Assembly (NCBI GenBank): GCA_002722595.1
Contig: PBMO01000024.1
Location: 11,700 to 75,699, forward strand
Direction: 5' to 3'
Origin: Methanobacteriota archaeon
Lineage (GTDB): Archaea > Thermoplasmatota > Poseidoniia > Poseidoniales > Thalassarchaeaceae
Length of the DNA: 64,000 bases
Shown here piece by piece: positions 1-8,290 of the stretch. Position 1 is the first letter of the stretch; each line of letters begins with the position of its first letter. The notes under the pieces were generated by a model. That model was given only the letters and a program-made list of their open reading frames with translations, searched no databases and was not told the origin of the DNA. The translations under genes were made by a program, and so were the position numbers.

Positions 1-1458
1 GTCACTGGACATCCAGAAGTATTCAATGGTAGAGTGAAGACACTTCATCCAGCGATTCATGCCGCCATCCTCGCTCGAGGCAACAACTCCGACGACATGG
101 CGACTCTCGAAGAGTTGGGATATCCAAGAATAGATTTGGTTGCAGTCAATCTGTATCCTTTTGAAGAAGTAGCAGCAAAAGAACCACCTGTTAGTGAAGC
201 GGAATTGATAGAAATGATCGATATTGGAGGGCCCACTCTTGTACGGGCCTCAGCAAAGTCTCACCAAGATGTCCTCATTGTCACAAACCCATTAGATTAC
301 AACGATATTCTTGAAACAATACAGGAAGCAGGTGGCGACCCAAGCGCAATCGATTTAGCAACACGTCAAAGGTTAGCACTTACAGCATATCAACGAACAG
401 CAGCCTATGATGTTGCACTGGCCAACACATTGGCCAACCGCCTTGAGTCACTTGAACACCCTGCCTCCGCAGTTTTGCCTGAGAAATTACTCATTTCGGG
501 AGGGGTGAGAAACCCCTTGAGATATGGCGAAAATCCACATCAACCTGCGGCATTTTACCCGGCAAATGTCGTTGGAGAATCACCAAATGGCCTAGCTGCA
601 GCAGTGCAACACGGAGGAAAGGCACTTTCATTCAACAATTATTTGGATTTAGATGCAGCCCTTCGTTTCTGCCGTTCGCACATTGGCTCTGATTGGAGTG
701 ATTGGCCACATTGTTGTGTAATCATCAAACACACCAACGCATGTGGGGTTGCAATTTCAACAAACCAAGTATCTGCTTGGGATGATGCATTAGCGAGCGA
801 CCCAGAATCCGCCTTTGGTTGTGTTATTGCATTCAACACACCAGTGTCTAAAGCAACCGCTGAAAAGATTGGAAATCATTTCGTCGAGTGCATAATTGCA
901 CCTGATTATGAAGATGGGGCTTTGGAGATATTATCTCTGAAAAAAAACCGCAGAATGCTCACATTGGAGGGAATGACATCATTGGATATGCAAACACATT
1001 TCCGCCAAATTGACGGAGGTTGGCTTGCCCAAACTGAAGGTGCACCAGTAATTGACTGGTCCGAAGTGAAATGTGTAACGACAACCCAAGCTGATCCAAA
1101 TCAAATTGACTTGGCGAGATTTGGTGTTGCAGTTTGCGCCCAGGTAAAGAGCAATTGTGTTATTTTCATCCAACCAACTCCAACAGGCTTTGCAACAGTA
1201 GGCATCGGCCCAGGGCAAACAAGCAGGGTAGAGGCAGTGCGGATTGCTGCCCGTCGCGCTGGCGAGAGAGCGAAGGGTGCGATGATGGTATCAGACGCAT
1301 TCTTCCCCTTCCGTGATGGCATTGACACCAGCCATGAAATTGGCATTACAGCAGTTGTCCAACCAGGAGGGAGCATCCGAGATCAAGAAGTCATTGATGC
1401 TGCAAACGAACACCAAATGACCATGCTATTCACGGGCACACGATTATTCAGGCATTAG
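1..1458 (+). CDS. purH: Bifunctional AICAR transformylase/IMP cyclohydrolase (5' end outside window)
   Basis: Frame is open from base 1 (VTGHPEVFNGRVKTLHP). Motifs IDIGGPT, LRYGENPHQ, IKHTNACG, SDAFFPFRDG, QPGGSIRD, FTGTRLFRH. Confidence 0.97.
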   Translation, partial: VTGHPEVFNGRVKTLHPAIHAAILARGNNSDDMATLEELGYPRIDLVAVNLYPFEEVAAKEPPVSEAELIEMIDIGGPTLVRASAKSHQDVLIVTNPLDYNDILETIQEAGGDPSAIDLATRQRLALTAYQRTAAYDVALANTLANRLESLEHPASAVLPEKLLISGGVRNPLRYGENPHQPAAFYPANVVGESPNGLAAAVQHGGKALSFNNYLDLDAALRFCRSHIGSDWSDWPHCCVIIKHTNACGVAISTNQVSAWDDALASDPESAFGCVIAFNTPVSKATAEKIGNHFVECIIAPDYEDGALEILSLKKNRRMLTLEGMTSLDMQTHFRQIDGGWLAQTEGAPVIDWSEVKCVTTTQADPNQIDLARFGVAVCAQVKSNCVIFIQPTPTGFATVGIGPGQTSRVEAVRIAARRAGERAKGAMMVSDAFFPFRDGIDTSHEIGITAVVQPGGSIRDQEVIDAANEHQMTMLFTGTRLFRH

Positions 1459-1465
1459 TGATTAT

Positions 1466-1852
1466 ATGAATTGGAAACACATAATTTCTTCAGGTACAGG
1501 CACGGGAGCAATATTAGCAATATTCATCCTTCTTGTATTCGTCCTTTCAGAACTCGACCCCGGCTCGTTTGCAGGATTATGTGGTGGTTTTCTTGCATTA
1601 TCAGCACTATCAGCCATAATTATCAATAAGATATCGAATATTATGGAGTGGCCAGAAGTCAACCTAAAGATTCTCATCCCCATAGGATTTTTTACATCGG
1701 TAATACCTCTTCTCGGGCCTATTTTCGGACTACCAAACACTAACCCAATTACATTGGCCACAGTTGTTGCCCTTGGAGCAGTCGGAGGCGCATTCTGGAG
1801 CCTACCTTTTGCTGGCTGGAACTATTGGAAAAACCGCGAAAAAGAAGATTAA
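1466..1852 (+). CDS. Hypothetical membrane protein (~4 TM)
   Basis: 128-aa ORF 7 nt after purH with four hydrophobic segments. Confidence 0.75.
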   Translation: MNWKHIISSGTGTGAILAIFILLVFVLSELDPGSFAGLCGGFLALSALSAIIINKISNIMEWPEVNLKILIPIGFFTSVIPLLGPIFGLPNTNPITLATVVALGAVGGAFWSLPFAGWNYWKNREKED

Positions 1853-2349
1853 GTGACAACATCACGAGTTTTTACACGTATCGAAACATACAGAATTCCA
1901 CTTAATCCCACGAACAGAATTGTGATGGCACCTAGTGCATACTGATCCGCCCCCGTCCAAGAAGATGGATTGAGCAGAACTCCTTCTCCTTTAGTTGAGA
2001 CAAACCAAACGAAATATGCAGAGATTGTAGACATCAAACCAATCATCATCATAATGATTATTTTTACATGGAAGGGAAGTGTTTTTCCCGTTGCGTAATA
2101 ATCAAACAATTTTTCCCCAAAAAACCGATTGGTCAAAGTATATCTAAACAATTTTTCATTCGAAAGAGAAAACAGGAAGGCCGCTGGAACAGCCCAAGAG
2201 ACGGTTGGCCACCCGGGCACGACAACACCAATTCCTGCAAATATCAAAAACAGACAACCAATTGCCAGATAGATTCTCGATTTGAAACGATTACTCGCAA
2301 CTGAATAACACTCTACAACCTCGTCGATTGTTTGTAAACGCCCATTCAC
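1849..2349 (-). CDS. DUF454/YbaN-family membrane protein
   Basis: YLAIGCLFLIFAGIGVVVPGWPTV...AAFLFS pattern typical of DUF454. Confidence 0.75.
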   Translation of the reverse strand: MNGRLQTIDEVVECYSVASNRFKSRIYLAIGCLFLIFAGIGVVVPGWPTVSWAVPAAFLFSLSNEKLFRYTLTNRFFGEKLFDYYATGKTLPFHVKIIIMMMIGLMSTISAYFVWFVSTKGEGVLLNPSSWTGADQYALGAITILFVGLSGILYVSIRVKTRDVVT

Positions 2350-2424
2350 ACTCCGCGGACTTCGGGTTTAAACATCATACTTCTCATTGGGCCAAGCCTC
2401 ATCAGTTGAGTCCACTTGCCAGTA

Positions 2425-3066
2425 ATGATGGCAATGCGACAGGGGTCCCCAGAAAACCCGCTTCGCACAGCGGTCTTGATTTCAGGCTCTGGCTCAGGGA
2501 TGGAAGCCTTAATTCTTCACCAAAAGAATCCAAATTGTACACATCGAACAGAATTAGTAATTTCCAACATCGCAGGAGTAGCGGGATTAGAGAAGGCGGA
2601 AAGGCACAATGTAAAATCAATGGCAATAGAATTGAACACATCAATTACAGATAAAAAATCGAGGCGTGAAACACACGAGAAAGCAATCATGAAAGCTCTT
2701 TCCATCCATGGAATTGAGCTCGTAATCCTTTCAGGATACATGCGAATCCTATCCCCCCAATTTGTTAGAAAGTGGAGAGGGAGGTTGTTGAACATCCACC
2801 CATCCCTGTTACCAAAATATCCTGGGGCACATGCCCATCGGGATGCACTCGCAGATGGTGCAAAGATTACTGGATGTACGGTGCATTTTGTTGATGAGGG
2901 GATGGACACCGGCCAGATTATTGCCCAAAGCCAACTTGAAATAAAACCAGATGACGATGAGAAATCATTGTCGGAACGAGTTAAAATTCTAGAGCATGAA
3001 CTGTATCCAAGCGTAATTGATGATGTTGCAACTGGGAAAATCAGCGCAAGTCAGATTGGGAATTGA
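2425..3066 (+). CDS. purN: Phosphoribosylglycinamide formyltransferase
   Basis: AVLISGSGS, GYMRIL, LLNIHPSLLP, TGCTVHFVDEGMDTG, EHELYP. First ATG taken as start (ORF opens at 2416). Confidence 0.96.
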   Translation: MMAMRQGSPENPLRTAVLISGSGSGMEALILHQKNPNCTHRTELVISNIAGVAGLEKAERHNVKSMAIELNTSITDKKSRRETHEKAIMKALSIHGIELVILSGYMRILSPQFVRKWRGRLLNIHPSLLPKYPGAHAHRDALADGAKITGCTVHFVDEGMDTGQIIAQSQLEIKPDDDEKSLSERVKILEHELYPSVIDDVATGKISASQIGN

Positions 3067-3613
3067 CATTCCTAAACCCACCATTTTCATCAAAGTTGAT
3101 AATTTTGTAGGGCACCCCTCTCATAACATCCTTGAGGGCCATTTCCGACGAAAATCTCTGCAATGCAGATAGTACAGGATCTACTTTAACAAGTGACAGT
3201 AATGGTTGCAATTGTTTACCCTTTGGCATAACCACATCATCACAACTCTCACTCAATCTTTCAAAAACTTGAGAGTTAATCCAAGGGACATCGCATGGTG
3301 CTAATTGTAATCTCTCAACACCCAAATCTTGGCACATTTTCAGCCCAGAAGTGAGGCCAGAACGTGCCCCCCTTTCCAAAACCGTATCGAGAACACATTC
3401 TACGTCTGTGAGGTGACCGAGGACAGCTAACACTTCCTGCCGCTGGAACATATCTCTGACTGCAATATAGATTGGCCTGCAACCCGCATCCCTGAGTGCA
3501 TGGGCTACTCGGACAATCATGGCCACCCCATCAACGAGAACGGTTGCTTTGTTCCTACCCATCCTAGAAGACGCCCCGCCTGCCAGAATTAATGCTGGAT
3601 GCATGATAACCAC
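3041..3613 (-). CDS. mobA: Molybdenum cofactor guanylyltransferase-like NTP transferase
   Basis: ILAGGASSRMGRNKA, PCDVP, QPL and C-terminal FRNVN motifs. Confidence 0.8.
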   Translation of the reverse strand: MVIMHPALILAGGASSRMGRNKATVLVDGVAMIVRVAHALRDAGCRPIYIAVRDMFQRQEVLAVLGHLTDVECVLDTVLERGARSGLTSGLKMCQDLGVERLQLAPCDVPWINSQVFERLSESCDDVVMPKGKQLQPLLSLVKVDPVLSALQRFSSEMALKDVMRGVPYKIINFDENGGFRNVNSQSDLR

Positions 3614-3822
3614 TAATCTAAGCGATTCAATTCATTCATCGCATTTTCTAACTCATTCATCAAAGCCTTAGCACGCGCTAGAAGCGCCCGCTGGTCCCTA
3701 CGATTTGCAGCATTCGGCAACCATTCTAATAATTGCTGAATATCAGCAGCATCTCGTTCAACAGTCCATCTTAGAACCTGCTCAAGAACAGGGTCATCCG
3801 CTTCTAAGAAACGCTCAACCAT
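3613..3822 (-). CDS. Small helical hypothetical protein
   Basis: 69-aa ATG ORF abutting mobA on the same strand. Confidence 0.65.
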   Translation of the reverse strand: MVERFLEADDPVLEQVLRWTVERDAADIQQLLEWLPNAANRRDQRALLARAKALMNELENAMNELNRLD

Positions 3823-3858
3823 ATCACTGCCGTAAACCAGACAAACCTTAGCCTTCTC

Positions 3859-4488
3859 TCATGAAATACACATTTGATCGCGAATACGGACCAATAATGA
3901 ATCACCGTCAGGGTACGGGATATCATTGAAAGAATCCAGCAAGTTCTGCGATAATTTGGGCCTACCGCTGCGAATCCATATGGCATGTTGAGTAAGTAAT
4001 GCTAGATGGGCGTGAGCCGTACTTCGTTGGCACCATAGAATAAAACGCCCTTCACTGGGAATTGGATGCCCTGCACGAAGACATTCCTGTATTGACAGGA
4101 GTAAAGCTTCAGCAGTTTCAGTAGAACCAATCATTTCTTCTAACATAGTCCAAACATCTTCAATATCAGAGACGTTTGCAAGTAACAAGGCCGCCAAAGC
4201 AACATCTTCTCGCCCATGTCTCTTCCACAACTTGGGAATCAAGTCGGTAAGAACAGCAGATGTTGTATTTGTCAATAGCCATGAACAAATTCTTCGAAGA
4301 ACATCATCAGGAGTACCTAGATGGAATGAGTACCCACCAGAACTCCCCAATCGATCAGTATGAGACTTTGCAATTAGTGCAGGTACACCAATTGGATAGG
4401 TTTGCCGGAGAACATCAAGCAACTTCTTTGACCTAAGATGAATTTTGGTAGGTTGGGATGAAAACCAATCATCCAAAGGGTCACTCAT
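3859..4488 (-). CDS. Hypothetical alpha-helical protein (possibly AlkD/HEAT-like)
   Basis: ATG at 4488 overlaps upstream stop (ATGAGTGA). LWKRHGREDVALAALLL resembles AlkD-like repeats; function call is weak. Confidence 0.6.
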   Translation of the reverse strand: MSDPLDDWFSSQPTKIHLRSKKLLDVLRQTYPIGVPALIAKSHTDRLGSSGGYSFHLGTPDDVLRRICSWLLTNTTSAVLTDLIPKLWKRHGREDVALAALLLANVSDIEDVWTMLEEMIGSTETAEALLLSIQECLRAGHPIPSEGRFILWCQRSTAHAHLALLTQHAIWIRSGRPKLSQNLLDSFNDIPYPDGDSLLVRIRDQMCIS

Positions 4489-5005
4489 TGTCAGTCTTAT
4501 TGCCCCCTTCGGGTAATATTGATAGAATCCGATTGAATAAACCATCTACGATATCCTTGGCTTGTTCAACTCCCTTTTCAACAACCTGGCGAACATTTTT
4601 TTCCACGTGCTCCTCCAATTCTGCATGGACCCCATTCATCACTTCCTCGTTCTCTTCCTCAGTAATTTCGAATAGGTATCTGAGGTATGCCACCACTAGA
4701 TATTCATCTTCACTAATACTGGCATTTAGGTATGCAGTTTGGAACATTCCAGAGTAAACCCTTAAGCAATCCTCCTTACTGATTTCACTCCCCCCTTCCA
4801 ATTTTTCACCATCCACAATCGCATCATAAACGCGCTTTGGCACATCTTCAGGAAGGCCCAATAGACCAGCCAATTTTATGACAAGACGCTTCTCTTCCCT
4901 TGTAATTTCACCATCTCTCAGAACGATTGAAACCACACCTTGGAACGCGCCAATGTCGGTAATAGCGGTAGAGGGCACGACCTCGGAGACATACTTCCTC
5001 CTCAT
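4481..5005 (-). CDS. TerB-like helical domain protein (two copies of module)
   Basis: VLRDGEITREEKRLVIKLAGLLGLP and AYLNASISEDEYLVVAYLRYLFEIT. Confidence 0.65.
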   Translation of the reverse strand: MRRKYVSEVVPSTAITDIGAFQGVVSIVLRDGEITREEKRLVIKLAGLLGLPEDVPKRVYDAIVDGEKLEGGSEISKEDCLRVYSGMFQTAYLNASISEDEYLVVAYLRYLFEITEEENEEVMNGVHAELEEHVEKNVRQVVEKGVEQAKDIVDGLFNRILSILPEGGNKTDNE

Positions 5006-5056
5006 AGCGGTTCGCCCACACCAGCAACGAGAATAAATCCACAATATCATCCAATG

Positions 5057-5164
5057 CCTTCATGAAGGAGGGGCGATTCGGAGTGATTACAGGAATCCCT
5101 GTCACGTTCCCAGGACTTCGGTCCTTTTCCCGTGAATACGCGCGATGAGACCCCTCTTAGAGGG
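5057..5164 (+). ncRNA. Candidate structured RNA element in the dnaG leader/divergent intergenic region
   Basis: Nested stems: GAGGGG 5068-5073 / CCCCTC 5151-5156, ACAGG 5089-5093 / CCTGT 5098-5102, AGGAC-TTCG-GTCCT 5112-5125. Confidence 0.4.
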
Positions 5165-5208
5165 TTAGAGTGCCTTGAGAGACCTGTGTAAACAAGGAAG
5201 TAGAAAAA

Positions 5209-6381
5209 ATGAGCGATCAGAAAGCGAAATATATGATTCACGCAACCATCAAGGCAGATGGCACCATACAGCGAAAAGACGTTGTTGGAGCCGTTTTCGG
5301 CCAGACGGAAGGACTTCTCGGAGAGGAACTCCAGTTGCGTAAATTACAACGAACCGGACGAATTGGACACGTAGATGTCAACCTGAACTCAAACAAAGGC
5401 AAAGTATCAGGAGAAATTCTTCTCCCAAGTAGCCTTGATCAAGTATCAACAGCAGTCGTGGGTGCAGCCTTGGAGACAATCGAGCGCATTGGACCCTGTA
5501 AGGCAACAATCAAGATTACAGCTATTGAGAATATTCACAGCGTGAAGAGAGACACGGTAATTGACCGTGCAAAACACCTTCTTCTCAGCATAGTAAATGA
5601 GAGTTCTAATGACAGCAAGAGCATTCTTGATGAAGTGCGAAGTGTACTAACACTTGGTACAGAAACAAACATTGCCGGAATGACTTGCGGACCAAATGCA
5701 AAGGAAAGTGAGGCCCTCATTATTGTCGAAGGCCGAAACGATGTGCGGAATTTACTGAAAATGGGTATTAAGAACTCAATTGCAACCATGGGCGCCAACG
5801 TCAAAGACGAATTGATTGAATTAGCAAAAAGCAAGAGCACCGTTACAGCGTTTTGTGATGGGGATCGAGGCGGGAAGTTATTGTTGATGGAACTCTCAGG
5901 AGCGCTCGGCAAATCACTGACACATGTCGCATTAGCACCAGAGTCAAGAGAAGTCGAGCACCTTGAGGGGAAAGTCATAACAAAATGCCTCAACCAAAAA
6001 GAGGCTGCTGCCAAAGCTATTAGCAAGATTAAGACTCAACTTGAAGCAGATGATGATTCAGGTAGCACATCAGGAAATGACAAACCAGCACAAATTCCTG
6101 ATGAAGTTAAGGACTGGTCAGCACACATGGCAGATTTGAAGAAGAATCATGGCATGTTAATTTTAGACGACGGTTCAACATCCGATCCTGTTGGCGCCAG
6201 TAAATTGGCTGCTTTTGCAGAAGACATTGAAGGAGCCCAGTGCCTCATTTTCAATGGCAAGGTGTCGGAGAGGATGATTGAGATTGCAGAGTTGGGAGCC
6301 ATCCCAAATGTAATCGGTAGCACACTAGGAGCAAAGGGCTCGAATGGTGTAGCGACTTATGCAATGAACGATCTTGAGTAA
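5209..6381 (+). CDS. dnaG: Archaeal DnaG-type primase / exosome-associated DnaG
   Basis: DVVGAVFGQTEGLLG, ETIERIGPC, TOPRIM motifs IIVEGRNDV and DGDRGG. Confidence 0.95.
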   Translation: MSDQKAKYMIHATIKADGTIQRKDVVGAVFGQTEGLLGEELQLRKLQRTGRIGHVDVNLNSNKGKVSGEILLPSSLDQVSTAVVGAALETIERIGPCKATIKITAIENIHSVKRDTVIDRAKHLLLSIVNESSNDSKSILDEVRSVLTLGTETNIAGMTCGPNAKESEALIIVEGRNDVRNLLKMGIKNSIATMGANVKDELIELAKSKSTVTAFCDGDRGGKLLLMELSGALGKSLTHVALAPESREVEHLEGKVITKCLNQKEAAAKAISKIKTQLEADDDSGSTSGNDKPAQIPDEVKDWSAHMADLKKNHGMLILDDGSTSDPVGASKLAAFAEDIEGAQCLIFNGKVSERMIEIAELGAIPNVIGSTLGAKGSNGVATYAMNDLE

Positions 6382-6433
6382 CCTCCACCCCATCGGGGTG
6401 ACAAAGATAACCTTGTCCACACTCCGGTGTAGC

Positions 6434-8290
6434 ATGCAACCCCAAGCAATGGCACCAGCGCCAGCAATGCTCCCCGCATCTGCTGAGGCGCCACTTCCAC
6501 CCACTCCGAAGAATTCAAACAGTGTAATGATAATTCACACAGCACTAATTTTTGTGGCTATAATTTTATCTTCAACGGGTTTGCTTACTGATTCATGGAG
6601 CGTTGAAGAAACATCCCAAACCACCGATTTCCTTGGCCAAGAAATCACAGTGACCACCGAATCAAAGGTGGGTCTTGATGACATGTCTGCAACAATTTGC
6701 ACCAATGGCGAATGCGAAACAATGGTCATGGATCTATCGGACGCATATGAAAATTGTACGAAACAGGCATCAGACCTCGAACTCAATTCATCAGCCACCG
6801 AAGACTTGTGTGGCACGGCTGGGGATATGGCAAGCGCCGGATTCACCGGCACCCTCTTCATCGCTCTCGGAATCATAGTTTTGATTATTACATTGGTTGC
6901 GACTTTCATGGAGACGCGCGGGACCTTCCTCCCTTTCTCTCAATTTTACCCCTTTGTTGGCGCGGCCCTGCCTCTTATCGGCTCAGTGACGTGGTTTATG
7001 ATGATGCCAGAACCACCCGAAGGATCCGATCCAAGTATGGGGTATAGCATTTGGTTGGTTATTTTGAGCACAGTTCTAGTTGTAGGAGCCGGAGCATATT
7101 CGATGTATACTGACCCACCCTCCCGCACCCAATCGTCTCCTAAAATGAGCCAGAGAACCCCAGGATTGGGGGCGAGAACCCTTGCTACAGACTCAGATGC
7201 ACGAGAGTTTGTACTTAGAGAAACAGCCTTAGGAAATCAAACAATTTCAATAGTAGAAGATGGAAATCTGTTTCGCCTTACTAGGGCGACAAGAGTGGAC
7301 AATGATATACACAGTGAGGATTTATTCATGACTCGAATGAACGCTCTTTGTGGTTTCACACATTCTCGGTTTGATTGGTTAGATACAACCCGATATTTAT
7401 GGAATATTATGGGCCTGACAGGCTTTATCCTAACACTCGTAGCATATGAGAACGCATCATTGATATTTTATGCAAATTGGTTCATTCTCATATTTGCAAT
7501 AGGGACAATTCTCTCAATGCTCCAATTCGCCGATCCCGAACTGATTACCTTTGAGACCAATACCGGCAAACACCGAATGTTAATCTATCGCGCAGGCTCT
7601 AATCGAGCACTAACAAATGCCAGCATGGACCTCATCGATTCAACGATGAGAGATGTCCTCCGAGGCGAAGAGATAGACCCATCTGCATTGAACGCAGTTG
7701 CAGATTCGATTGAAGCAGAGATGGCAGAAGCCCGCAAAGCCGCCGAAGAAGCAGCAGCGGCACAACAGGCGGCTTTGTTACAGGCCCAAGCAATGGCCCA
7801 AGCCCAAGCGGAAATGCAAGCACAAATGCAAGCGCAAGCCCAAGCTCTAGCTCAAGCACAGGCACAACTCCAAGCACAACAAGCTGCGCAACAAATCGCA
7901 CCTGCGGCAACCCCCCCTCTCGCACAACCCCAACCTAGTGGAGTATCACCACCCCCCACACCTGCTCAAGTGATCCCGATGCCCCCAGTCACCAACCCCC
8001 CGACACCTGCAATGGCACCCGTTCCAGCACCTATTCCACCACCACCAGCTCCCGCAATGGCACCCGTTCCAGCACCTATTCCACCACCACCGGCAATAGG
8101 CGGCATGCCCACACCTCCGCCCCCAATCGGAGCCGAAATACCACTACCTCCATCCGCAGCAGCAGACATTTTACTTCCTGCTGAAAATTTGACACCTCCT
8201 CCTGAGGTGCCAACAGAAGCGACACCGCGTGACGACTCGATGTCTGAAGGAGAGAAAGAGAACCTCCTCACTGATTTGAGTGAGAATTAA
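6434..8290 (+). CDS. Multi-pass membrane protein: claudin-like N-terminal module, Q/A-rich helix, Pro-rich tail
   Basis: TM1-W...GL...C...C loop then 3 more TMs; 2 further TMs; low-complexity C-terminus. ATG 6434 preferred over TTG 6374. Confidence 0.8.
   Translation: MQPQAMAPAPAMLPASAEAPLPPTPKNSNSVMIIHTALIFVAIILSSTGLLTDSWSVEETSQTTDFLGQEITVTTESKVGLDDMSATICTNGECETMVMDLSDAYENCTKQASDLELNSSATEDLCGTAGDMASAGFTGTLFIALGIIVLIITLVATFMETRGTFLPFSQFYPFVGAALPLIGSVTWFMMMPEPPEGSDPSMGYSIWLVILSTVLVVGAGAYSMYTDPPSRTQSSPKMSQRTPGLGARTLATDSDAREFVLRETALGNQTISIVEDGNLFRLTRATRVDNDIHSEDLFMTRMNALCGFTHSRFDWLDTTRYLWNIMGLTGFILTLVAYENASLIFYANWFILIFAIGTILSMLQFADPELITFETNTGKHRMLIYRAGSNRALTNASMDLIDSTMRDVLRGEEIDPSALNAVADSIEAEMAEARKAAEEAAAAQQAALLQAQAMAQAQAEMQAQMQAQAQALAQAQAQLQAQQAAQQIAPAATPPLAQPQPSGVSPPPTPAQVIPMPPVTNPPTPAMAPVPAPIPPPPAPAMAPVPAPIPPPPAIGGMPTPPPPIGAEIPLPPSAAADILLPAENLTPPPEVPTEATPRDDSMSEGEKENLLTDLSEN
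8009..8091 (+). repeat. Intragenic direct repeat (38 bp identical, 45-bp period)
   Basis: GCAATGGCACCCGTTCCAGCACCTATTCCACCACCACC at 8009-8046 and 8054-8091, encoding AMAPVPAPIPPPP twice. Confidence 0.9.

Noticed and set aside
1..33. purH appears N-terminally truncated (possible pseudogene)
   Set aside because: The frame is open to base 1; the truncation is the window edge.
3041..3613. mobA as evidence that the Ubl/E1 pair is simply MoaD/MoeB
   Set aside because: It is ~15 kb away, no moaA/C/E or moeA is in the window, and the E1 lacks MoeB Zn motifs. A sulfur-carrier role is not fully excluded.
5057..5164. Possible 5S rRNA or tRNA
   Set aside because: No 5S conserved loop motifs or cloverleaf on either strand; kept only as an unassigned structured element.
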